Notes under the pieces: generated by a model
What the model was told of the DNA's origin: nothing
Databases searched by the model: none
What the model saw: the letters and a program-made list of their open reading frames with translations, nothing else
Origin: an uncultured Saprospiraceae bacterium
Lineage (GTDB): Bacteria; Bacteroidota; Bacteroidia; Chitinophagales; Saprospiraceae
DNA length: 64,000 nucleotides
Direction: 5' to 3'
NCBI GenBank assembly: GCA_964439105.1
Contig: CAYTNG010000008.1
Location: 73,481-137,480, forward strand
Program-made: the position numbers and the translations under genes
Part shown: one piece after another, positions 55,744-64,000 of the stretch
How positions within the stretch are numbered: position 1 is the stretch's first letter
Layout of the letters: each line of letters begins with the position of its first letter

Positions 55744-57870
55744 GTGCATTATTCAGCCAAAGACTCACAACATCTCACCAGGGAAACTCATAGCTTCTTA
55801 AAGAAGGGCCTTGTGGATTCCTATGCTGAAATGGAACAGCTCCGCGAATTGATTCGCTTTCATGAATGGCAATATTATGTGCAGGACAATCCATTGATCT
55901 CAGATTTTGAATATGACCAACTTTATAAAATGCTGGAATCTGCCGAAAGCGCTCATCCGGAATGGGCGAGCGAAGATTCACCTACGCGGCGCGTTTCCAG
56001 CGATCTGGTCGATGAGTTTCAAAGCGTGGAACACCTTTCCCCAATGTTATCATTGGAGAATTCCTACAATCTCGACGATTTAAAAAATTTTGATACCCGT
56101 GTCCGAAAGCTTTGCAATCATCCGGAGAATCAGGAACTGCATTATTTTGCAGAACCTAAATTTGATGGTGGGAGCATTGCCTTGATTTATGAGGGAGACC
56201 ATTTTAAAAGAGCCGCGACACGGGGTGATGGATACAAAGGGGAAGACATCAGCTTGAATGCACGCACCATCAAATCATTGCCACTGAAAGCTGCATTTTC
56301 AAAATTTGGATTGCATAAGGTGGAACTGCGTGGCGAAGCCGTAATTAGCAAAAAGAAATTTCAGCAAATCAACGAGCAAAGGGAAACAGATGGTCTGACC
56401 CTACTTGCCAATCCCCGCAATGCTGCAACAGGAGTTCTGCGCGTGAAAGACCCTTCGGAAACTGCAAACAGAGGGCTTGATGTTTTCATATTTCAATTGG
56501 CTTACGCAGAAGATGCAAATGGAAGCAATGCGATGCACAAGATGCGAACGCATGCAGAATGGATGGAAGTCCTGGAACAGCTTGGATTCAAAGTTTCTCT
56601 TAATGAGCGCAAGATTTGTAAAAACCTTCAGGAGCTGGAAAAATTCATCCAGTCCTGGGCAGAAAAACGGGATCATTTCGCATATGATATTGATGGCATC
56701 GTCATCAAGGTAAATGACCTGGAACTTCAGGAATCCTGCGGGTATACCAGCCATCATCCCAGATGGGCGGTGGCTCATAAATTTCAAGCTAAACAAGCCA
56801 CTTCTACATTGCTCAATGTCGAATATCAGGTAGGTAAAATCGGATCGATTACGCCAGTCGCAAAAATTGAGCCTGTCCAACTTGCAGGAGTTACAGTGAG
56901 TTCTGTTTCATTGCATAATGAGGATTTCATCAAGCAGCGTGATATTCGGATTGGTGACCGCGTGTTGGTAGAAAGAGCGGGAGATGTAATTCCTTATATT
57001 GTAAAAGCATTTCCTGAGTTGCGCTCCGGCAAAGAAAAAGTGGTCCATTTCCCAAGTCATTGCCCCGTGTGCCAGACACGACTGCTGAGGGAACAGGAAG
57101 AAGCCGCCTGGCGCTGTCCAAACTATCAGTGCGAAGCACAGATCATTCAACGGCTTATCCACCATGCATCCAAAGATGCCATGGATATTGATGGGCTGGG
57201 GAAATCCCTCATTGAACGATTTTATGAACTTGGTTTGCTGCGTTCGATTCCTGACGTGTATCGACTGGATTTTGAGGAAATGGCCAAACTTGATGGGATG
57301 GGTGAAAAATCAGCTGCCAAACTTCAAAAATCTATTGAACTTGCAAAATCGCGCCCATTATACAGGTTGTTGCATGGATTGTGCATCCACCATTTAGGCA
57401 AAAAGGTTTCGAAGTTGATAGCGGAGCACCTGGAATACCTTCCGGATTTGAAGGACTGGAAGCTGGATCGATTTACGTCAATAAAAGATGTAGGCCCTGT
57501 GGTAGGGGAAAATATCATTGCTTTTTTTGGGGACCCCGTGAATCAAAAAATGATCAGGGAACTGGAAAATTTGGGAATAAATATGCACCAGACCGAACAG
57601 GACCGGCCAGTTAAAGTAGCAAAAGATGCCCCTTTGGCTGGAAAAACCATTTTGTTTACAGGAACCTTGAAGACTTTGGGCCGAAAGGAGGCTCAGGAAA
57701 TAGCGGAAAAAGCGGGGGCAAAAAACCTGTCAGCGGTCAGTTCACATCTCAATATTCTCGTTGTGGGCGAAGAGGCGGGTTCGAAATTAGACAAAGCCAA
57801 AAAATTGGGAACGGTAGAAATATGGACAGAACAAGATTTTATCGAAAAATTGAATATTCAGACGAGCTAA
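55744..57870 (+). CDS. ligA: NAD-dependent DNA ligase
   Basis: Adenylation motif AEPKFDGGSIAL, a Zn-finger CPVCQTRLLREQEEAAWRCPNYQC, HhH repeats and a C-terminal BRCT. GTG start at 55744, 20 nt after the TAATTTTG box; an alternative ATG is at 55831. Confidence 0.93.
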   Translation: MHYSAKDSQHLTRETHSFLKKGLVDSYAEMEQLRELIRFHEWQYYVQDNPLISDFEYDQLYKMLESAESAHPEWASEDSPTRRVSSDLVDEFQSVEHLSPMLSLENSYNLDDLKNFDTRVRKLCNHPENQELHYFAEPKFDGGSIALIYEGDHFKRAATRGDGYKGEDISLNARTIKSLPLKAAFSKFGLHKVELRGEAVISKKKFQQINEQRETDGLTLLANPRNAATGVLRVKDPSETANRGLDVFIFQLAYAEDANGSNAMHKMRTHAEWMEVLEQLGFKVSLNERKICKNLQELEKFIQSWAEKRDHFAYDIDGIVIKVNDLELQESCGYTSHHPRWAVAHKFQAKQATSTLLNVEYQVGKIGSITPVAKIEPVQLAGVTVSSVSLHNEDFIKQRDIRIGDRVLVERAGDVIPYIVKAFPELRSGKEKVVHFPSHCPVCQTRLLREQEEAAWRCPNYQCEAQIIQRLIHHASKDAMDIDGLGKSLIERFYELGLLRSIPDVYRLDFEEMAKLDGMGEKSAAKLQKSIELAKSRPLYRLLHGLCIHHLGKKVSKLIAEHLEYLPDLKDWKLDRFTSIKDVGPVVGENIIAFFGDPVNQKMIRELENLGINMHQTEQDRPVKVAKDAPLAGKTILFTGTLKTLGRKEAQEIAEKAGAKNLSAVSSHLNILVVGEEAGSKLDKAKKLGTVEIWTEQDFIEKLNIQTS

Positions 57871-57942
57871 AATTTGGATTTAGCCCGGAACGTTTCGACC
57901 TTTCTAACGTTATAAATGGATACATCATCAGAAGGTAATATT

Positions 57943-60900
57943 ATGAAAAACCAAATTTTATTTTTTCTTCTTTCTTTTCTCTTTGGAAACATTTTATTAG
58001 CCCAACAGCCCGGCTGGAAGGCATTGCCATCGGGTTTCGCTAAGGCGGAAGGCAGTTTATGGAACAGGGTGCAGGATCTTAGTGTATTTGAAATAAACCA
58101 TGAGGCATTGCGGACCTATTTGTCAGGCTTGAGTTCAAGGTCTAATGATAAAACTGCCACTTTGCAACTGGAACTGCCTTTTCCGGATGGAGCCTTGAAG
58201 AACTTCACCATAAAGGAATCGCCGGTCATGGAAGAAGGATTGGCTTTGAAATATCCTGAAATCAAAACCTTTAGCGGAACAGACGGCGAACACTATATGC
58301 GTCTTTCCATTTCACCTTATAGTTTCCAGGCTTTTATCCTTACAGAGGAAGGGGATATCGTCATTGAATCAATGGATAAAAAGAACCTTAACCAGTATGT
58401 TGTTTTTTACGGAAAAAATGTGGACATACATGATCAGTTTGCACTGAGCTGCGGAACAAAAGATCTCGAAACACTCGATAAAATGGAGGAACCTCAGAAA
58501 AAGGCAGCCCTTCATTCACGAAGCATGTTAGGGGAACCTGTCAATCTCAGAACCTACCGACTGGCACTCACCTGTACGGGAGAGTGGGGTGAAAATCCAA
58601 ATTTAGGCGGCGGCTCCATTGCGACTGCCCTTGACAAAATGGTCGCAGCATTAAGTTACATCAATGCGGTTTATGAGAAGGAAGTCTCCGTTCACATGAA
58701 CCTGATTACAAATAATGATAAGCTCATCCATCTTGTACCGCAAACAGATCCCTATATCAACCCAACCTCAGGGGGAGCAACTCTTGGTGTGAACACGGAC
58801 GTAATCACGGCTATTGTTGGAAGAGCGGCCTATGATATCGGTCATGTGTTTACTATCAGCTGCACGGATGTGGGTGGCGTTGCATTTCTTGGATCGGTTT
58901 GCAATGGAAATAAAGGCGGAGGCGTGACCTGTTGGTACACTACCGACATTGCTTATGTAACGCAGCGGATTGTATGCCATGAAATGGGTCACCAGTTCAA
59001 TGCAAGTCATACCTTTTCCAATTGCAATGGAAATGAATCGGCAACAAGCTATGAACCCGGAAGTGGCACTACCATCATGTCTTACAGTGGCCTCTGCGGT
59101 GCCGGATTAAATGTGGAGAGTGGTTCCTTGCCACATCCCAATTATTTTCATTCCAATAGCGTCGAACGGATTTATAACTATACCCGGGTTGCGGATGGAA
59201 ATCGCTGTGGCTCTCAATCAGCTACTTCAAATACATTCCCTGATGCAGAAATTTTATTTCCATCCGGTCTGTATATCCCTATCAGCACGCCGTTTGTTTT
59301 GAAAGGCCAGGCCAGCGACGCTGAAAAAGATAATTTGAGCTACAATTGGGAACAATATAATGCAGGATCTTATGGTCCGGTATTGGGAGAACCCTCCTTG
59401 TTTGAGGAAGGCCCACTCTTCAAATCCCTGTTTCCCGGAAATAGCCCGATTCGAGTGGTACCCGCATGGAATACCATTCTGACAAAGGCAAATTTTGAGC
59501 GCACTGAAGTACTACCAACTGTTAGTAGAAAGATTAATTTTCGTTTTAATGTCAGAGATAATTTCCCAGGTTCCGGAGCCGTAACTTCAAAAGAAGTGGT
59601 GTTTCGTTCAATTGCAACAGCGGGGCCTTTTAAAGTCAGCTATCCAAACAGCAGCTCCACAGATACTTTGTACGGTGGGGTATGCAACCACATTCGCTGG
59701 GATGTGTCAAATACCCATAAGGATCCGGTAAATTGCAAGCGAGTTAATATTTACTTGATGCCAAACCGGACGAATCCCAATGTTACGATTCCACTGCTCA
59801 TGGGTACTGAAAATGACGGAGGTGAATTGGTTACCATTCCGGATAGCCTGATAGGAATGTTGAGGGCTCGCATCATCGTTGAAGCAGCAGATAATATTTT
59901 CTTTGATGCATCTGATTCAGATATCCGCATTCTTGCCCCGGCTGCCTCGAACAAAATTAATTTCAATGTGTCCCCTGAAAAGCTGGTTTTTTGCATCCCT
60001 TCAAAAACAGAGATAGATGTGAACACCTGCGCACTTGGAAATGCAAACGGTCAGCTGAATTTGTCCATACTTTCCGGCTTGCCTCAGGATGCCAGCTATC
60101 AGTTTGATCAAGGCTCGATTCCGTACAATGGATCTGCACGACTCACCGTCGATTTTACAAATGTCCGAACTTCCGGGATCTATAATGTGGAAGTGATCGC
60201 CGTGACGGATAAGGGTGATACTTTGAGAGAATTTATAGAAATGGATCTTGTCAACATCGATTTTTCAGATTTGAAGACATTGTATCCGGCAAATGGCCTT
60301 TCCGGTCTTCCGCAATCCATCGAATTTAAATGGGCAGGAAGCCCAAATGCACAGAGTTACCGCATTGAAATAGCTACCTCCCCTTCATTTGGCAATACTG
60401 TGGTGTATAGTGGGAATGGAATTCTGGATACATTCTTCACGCCTCCAGTATTTTTTGAAGAAAGCAAAGTGTACTATTGGCGTATTATTCCATTCAATCG
60501 CTGCGGCCTGGGCGCTCCCACCCTTCCGATCCCATTTCAGACGATCAATAAGCGTTGTGAGGAAACACCCTATATTGGAAATACAATAGTTCGAGGGGCA
60601 AATAAAACAGCCTCTATGCCGGTGAGCGTAAAAGGCAGCGGGACAATCAGTGATATCAACGTCAAAAATTTTAATGCGGTTGCTGTTGGTGTAAACAGCG
60701 TAACATTAACACTTGTTAGCCCAAAAGGTACAAGGGTTATACTTTTTGACAGAAACTGCGGAGTGACGGATCAGTTTGATTGTACTTTTGATGATGAGGG
60801 AATTTATAACCTGCAAAATGGATGTCCGCCAACTCTCGGTAAAATCATCAAGCCTTTCGAGGCCTTGTCCAAATTTAATGGCGAGGACAAGCTTGGGGAC

Positions 60901-61599
60901 TGGACCATGGAATTAGCCACGGATCGATTTTTAAGCGGGCAGGCTAATTTTTATGGATTCACGATGGATATTTGTTCAGAGTTGCTCGTCAAAAATCCAT
61001 TTGTGCTGACCAATCTAGGATTGCAGATGAATACAGGGGAAACCCGCAACATAGGAATGGATCGGCTGGAATCACAGGATGCGGACAATACGTCTTCGGA
61101 ACTTATTTATACGATTGTTGTCATTCCACAACATGGTGACTTGCTGATCAATGGAAAGCTGGTCGATTACGGTACAAGGTTTACCCAAAAGGATATCAAC
61201 GATGGCAAACTGAATTACAGGCACACCGGAGCAGGTAATGAAACAGATGGATTTTTGTTTGTTGTTGAGGATGGCGTAGGCGGTTGGTACGGATCAGAGT
61301 ATTTTAAAATTCAAATTGGTACGGTAGCCAACAAGGATATTGAAACACCAATGGATATTCAGCTTTACCCCAATCCAAGTCGCGGATGGCTTCAGCTTGC
61401 TGTATCGCAGATTACAGACCAAAACGCCATATTGCGCATTTTGGATATGCAGGGAAAGAAAATGTTGCAGCAGGATTTTGGATTGAAGAAAGCCGAGCTT
61501 TTGGATATTCAGGAACTTCCTAATGGATTATACCTGGTGGAACTGCAATCTGGCAGACAACATGTAACGAGAAAATTGTTGGTCAACAAATCTAATTAA
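57943..61599 (+). CDS. secreted reprolysin-like zinc metalloprotease with P-domain and T9SS C-terminal sorting domain
   Basis: Signal peptide MKNQILFFLLSFLFGNILLAQ, metzincin motif HEMGHQFNASH and a proprotein-convertase P-domain-like segment (ISDINV...LTLVSPKGTRVILFDRNCG). The C-terminal Por_Secre_tail-like beta sandwich reads LYPNPSRGWLQL...LPNGLYLVELQSG. Confidence 0.8.
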   Translation: MKNQILFFLLSFLFGNILLAQQPGWKALPSGFAKAEGSLWNRVQDLSVFEINHEALRTYLSGLSSRSNDKTATLQLELPFPDGALKNFTIKESPVMEEGLALKYPEIKTFSGTDGEHYMRLSISPYSFQAFILTEEGDIVIESMDKKNLNQYVVFYGKNVDIHDQFALSCGTKDLETLDKMEEPQKKAALHSRSMLGEPVNLRTYRLALTCTGEWGENPNLGGGSIATALDKMVAALSYINAVYEKEVSVHMNLITNNDKLIHLVPQTDPYINPTSGGATLGVNTDVITAIVGRAAYDIGHVFTISCTDVGGVAFLGSVCNGNKGGGVTCWYTTDIAYVTQRIVCHEMGHQFNASHTFSNCNGNESATSYEPGSGTTIMSYSGLCGAGLNVESGSLPHPNYFHSNSVERIYNYTRVADGNRCGSQSATSNTFPDAEILFPSGLYIPISTPFVLKGQASDAEKDNLSYNWEQYNAGSYGPVLGEPSLFEEGPLFKSLFPGNSPIRVVPAWNTILTKANFERTEVLPTVSRKINFRFNVRDNFPGSGAVTSKEVVFRSIATAGPFKVSYPNSSSTDTLYGGVCNHIRWDVSNTHKDPVNCKRVNIYLMPNRTNPNVTIPLLMGTENDGGELVTIPDSLIGMLRARIIVEAADNIFFDASDSDIRILAPAASNKINFNVSPEKLVFCIPSKTEIDVNTCALGNANGQLNLSILSGLPQDASYQFDQGSIPYNGSARLTVDFTNVRTSGIYNVEVIAVTDKGDTLREFIEMDLVNIDFSDLKTLYPANGLSGLPQSIEFKWAGSPNAQSYRIEIATSPSFGNTVVYSGNGILDTFFTPPVFFEESKVYYWRIIPFNRCGLGAPTLPIPFQTINKRCEETPYIGNTIVRGANKTASMPVSVKGSGTISDINVKNFNAVAVGVNSVTLTLVSPKGTRVILFDRNCGVTDQFDCTFDDEGIYNLQNGCPPTLGKIIKPFEALSKFNGEDKLGDWTMELATDRFLSGQANFYGFTMDICSELLVKNPFVLTNLGLQMNTGETRNIGMDRLESQDADNTSSELIYTIVVIPQHGDLLINGKLVDYGTRFTQKDINDGKLNYRHTGAGNETDGFLFVVEDGVGGWYGSEYFKIQIGTVANKDIETPMDIQLYPNPSRGWLQLAVSQITDQNAILRILDMQGKKMLQQDFGLKKAELLDIQELPNGLYLVELQSGRQHVTRKLLVNKSN

Positions 61600-61623
61600 C
61601 AAGGACCTCATTAAAATATAATG

Positions 61624-61663
61624 ATAATGCACAAGTGCCGGCTCTCCGGCACTTGCGCATTAT
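61624..61663 (+). terminator. long GC-rich hairpin after the T9SS protease gene (possible terminator)
   Basis: ataatgcacaagtgccgg-ctct-ccggcacttgcgcattat: an 18-bp stem with one mismatch, 25 nt after the stop codon, with no clear T-run. Confidence 0.4.
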
Positions 61664-61757
61664 AAGGGTATCCTGATGGCCCGAAGTTATATTGTAATCG
61701 AAGCTCGTAAATTGCCATCTTTACTCTTATTATATCTAAGGGCTGATTCTTTTCATT

Positions 61758-63155
61758 ATGGCAGTTGAATTTCCAAAAAATAAAATCTACAGAATCATTG
61801 CATTGATTCGCCAATCACTTAAAGGCGAGCCCATGGATTATACACAGGGGAGTATTTCGAAAGCCGTGATATTGTTGGCTATTCCCATGATACTTGAACT
61901 GAGCCTCGAAAGTGTATTTGCCGTTGTTGATATTTTTTTTGTAGGAAAGCTCGGCCCTTCTGCCATTGCAACCGTTGGGCTTACGGAATCCGTAATTACC
62001 TTGATATATTCCATAGCAATTGGATTGAGCACTGCGGCAACTGCCGTCGTAGCCAGACGAATTGGAGAAAAGGATGCGGCTTTGGCAGCAAGAACAGGTG
62101 CCCAGGCACTGCTTATTTCTGTTGTTGTTGGAATCTGTTTATGCACCCTGGGCGGTATGTATGCTCAGAATATATTGAAGTGGATGGGTGCCAGTGCGGA
62201 TGTGGTTACACAAGGATCTTCTTTTACCCGGATCATGCTGGGAAGCAGTATGGTCATCGTGTTATTATTTCTGATCAATGGTATTTTCAGAGGAGCAGGT
62301 GATGCTGCAATGGCTATGAAAAGTCTTTGGATTGCAAGTTCACTGAATATCATACTCTGTCCTTTGTTCATTCATTTTTGGGGATTAAAGGGAGCTGCAA
62401 TTGCAACAGTACTGGGTCGAAGCTCAGGAGTGATCTACCAGTGTTATCATTTATTTAAAGGAGATGGCGTGCTCCGGTTTTATGTTTCTTTGTTCAAACC
62501 GGATTGGGAGATTATCCGGAATTTGATCCGCTTAACCTGGCCTGCAACGACTCAGTTTCTCATTGCAAGCGGAAGTTGGATCATTTTGGCAAGACTGGTG
62601 GCAGAGACAGGCGGAACTGAAGCTTCTGCGGGCTATCAGATTGCCTTGCGAAATATCGTTTTTTTTATTTTACCGGCTTGGGGCATGAGCAATGCAGCGG
62701 CTACGTTGGTAGGTCAAAATTTAGGAGCAAAGCATCCGGAGCGTGCCGAAAAAAGTGTCTACATCGCTGCTAGCTATAATGCGGTTTTCATGGCATTTGT
62801 TACAGGTTTGTTCGTCATCTTTCCCAGTCAAATCATTTCTTTTTTTAGCCAGGATCCCGCCATTGTGATGCATGGAGTTGAGGCACTTCGCATCATTGGC
62901 TCCGCATTTGTTTTTTATGGTGTGGGTATGGTAATGGTACAGGCTTTGAATGGTGCAGGGGATACCCGGACTCCTACCGGGATCCACCTGGTATGCTTTT
63001 GGTTATTTCAAATTCCACTCGCATATCTTTTAGCAAAAGTTTTGCAGTGGAATGCAACGGGATCATATGTGGCTATACCTTTAGCGGAAACTCTGATCGC
63101 TTTGCTCGCCTGGTATTATTTTAAAAAAGGCAGTTGGAAAACAATTCGCGTTTGA
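61758..63155 (+). CDS. MATE family efflux transporter
   Basis: 12 TM with two-fold repeat, LAIPMILELSLESVFAVVDIFFVGKLG and GLSTAATAVVARRIGEKD. Confidence 0.9.
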   Translation: MAVEFPKNKIYRIIALIRQSLKGEPMDYTQGSISKAVILLAIPMILELSLESVFAVVDIFFVGKLGPSAIATVGLTESVITLIYSIAIGLSTAATAVVARRIGEKDAALAARTGAQALLISVVVGICLCTLGGMYAQNILKWMGASADVVTQGSSFTRIMLGSSMVIVLLFLINGIFRGAGDAAMAMKSLWIASSLNIILCPLFIHFWGLKGAAIATVLGRSSGVIYQCYHLFKGDGVLRFYVSLFKPDWEIIRNLIRLTWPATTQFLIASGSWIILARLVAETGGTEASAGYQIALRNIVFFILPAWGMSNAAATLVGQNLGAKHPERAEKSVYIAASYNAVFMAFVTGLFVIFPSQIISFFSQDPAIVMHGVEALRIIGSAFVFYGVGMVMVQALNGAGDTRTPTGIHLVCFWLFQIPLAYLLAKVLQWNATGSYVAIPLAETLIALLAWYYFKKGSWKTIRV

Positions 63156-63217
63156 ATAAGTGTGTAGGAAAGCTGCTTATGGATTTTGCTTTGCCGGTAA
63201 GTAAATTAATACTTTAC

Positions 63218-64000
63218 CTAAATAAGAAGGTTTTTCAACTTCTCAATTTGTTGGGCTTCAAAATTAAAATCGGCCTGAGGATATTTTTTGTGAAGCTCTT
63301 CAAACTGCCGACTAAGTTGCTCTACATAACTTTTAAATGAATTCGATTCAGTGCTCAGAATGCGATGCTCTGCAAGTGCTCTGAATTTTTCAAGCTGCTG
63401 TTTATAATGCAATGTGGTTTCATTATAATATGCCTTTTCAAAATAGGACCATATGTAATCTATGGCAATCTTGTTAGGGTGCACCAGGTCTTCTTCAACA
63501 TATCGATAGTCTCTTAAGTCATCCATAAATATTTCATATGCAGGAAAATACTCAAGGCAGGAGCAATGCTGGCTAAGGTATTCTGCTGCAAGGAGCAAAC
63601 TTGCTTTGCTCCGCTGATTTTCGACATACCCGTCTTTCAGATAACGGACCGGACTGACCGATAATAGGATTTTTAAATTCGGATTCAATTTCAGTATTTG
63701 TTCGATCAACGGGATCCAGCTGTCCGTGATTTGATTTGTGCTTGCCCTCTGTTTCGTAAATTCAATCTGCGGAATTTTATGGCAATTGGAAAAAATCTTT
63801 TGGAACTTCATGTGCGTGTAATAATGCGCAGTTCCAAAGGTGAGAACAAGGTAATCCGATTTTAACAATTCGCTTTTTCCTGTTTCTAAACCAACATTAA
63901 GAGATTGTAACAGGGATTTTGGATTAGCGCCGGAAACAAATCCATGGTGGTCAGGCGAATGGAATAATCCATCCTGGAAGATAAGCTCTTCCTCGCTGTA
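63218..64000 (-). CDS. GSCFA domain-containing protein (5' end beyond window edge)
   Basis: The frame stays open from 63868 to the window end (my translation YSEEELIFQDGLFHSPDHHGFVSG...). Motifs LTFGTAHYY, VSPVRYLKDGYVENQRSKA and FPAYEIFMDDLRDYRY...HPN match the GSCFA family as I remember it. Confidence 0.75.
   Translation of the reverse strand, partial: YSEEELIFQDGLFHSPDHHGFVSGANPKSLLQSLNVGLETGKSELLKSDYLVLTFGTAHYYTHMKFQKIFSNCHKIPQIEFTKQRASTNQITDSWIPLIEQILKLNPNLKILLSVSPVRYLKDGYVENQRSKASLLLAAEYLSQHCSCLEYFPAYEIFMDDLRDYRYVEEDLVHPNKIAIDYIWSYFEKAYYNETTLHYKQQLEKFRALAEHRILSTESNSFKSYVEQLSRQFEELHKKYPQADFNFEAQQIEKLKNLLI

Noticed and set aside
56401-56880. 159-aa antisense ORF inside ligA. The same class includes 46071..46496, 11879..12298, 27315..27701 and 6285..6659.
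   Set aside because: These are shadow ORFs opposite confidently identified genes.
1-64000. CRISPR arrays, transposases, integrases, phage or defence-system genes, toxin-antitoxin pairs
   Set aside because: I saw no spaced direct-repeat arrays and no ORFs with recognisable nuclease, recombinase or reverse-transcriptase motifs. The window looks like core chromosome.

Overview
The window reads as an ordinary chromosomal, mostly housekeeping segment of a Bacteroidota genome. Three things support that assignment. A T9SS C-terminal sorting domain sits on a secreted protease. TAnnTTTG -7 promoter boxes lie 10-60 nt upstream of many start codons, with no Shine-Dalgarno sequences. Several Bacteroidota-typical families are present (DUF4270, DUF4290, DUF2723/GT117, GSCFA).

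I call about 45 protein-coding genes. Confident calls are rnr, glmS, pheS, hisS, cphA, cphB, thiL, rpiB, crcB, uppS, bamA, ligA, a MoxR ATPase, POT and OPT peptide transporters, a MATE pump and two Hsp20 genes. I saw no rRNA, tRNA, CRISPR array, transposase, integrase or phage genes.

All family names come from motifs I recognise by eye in the supplied translations; no database search was run. I found no clear-cut novel system. The items most worth a second look are:
- a translationally overlapped DUF2339-like/DUF3999-like membrane gene pair
- an uncharacterised 1184-aa outer-membrane-like protein next to an orphan MoxR ATPase that lacks its usual DUF58/VWA partners
- a 21-nt motif (AAAYAAACGAACRTTNRTTAG) present at three intergenic sites, with a partial fourth, two of them directly upstream of the peptide transporters
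- a duplicated TGCCA-N3-TGGCA palindrome in the hsp20 control region
- a divergent cyanophycin synthetase/cyanophycinase pair
- several unusually long ORF-free spacers (1-443, 33111-33605, 50263-50696) and two candidate small ORFs
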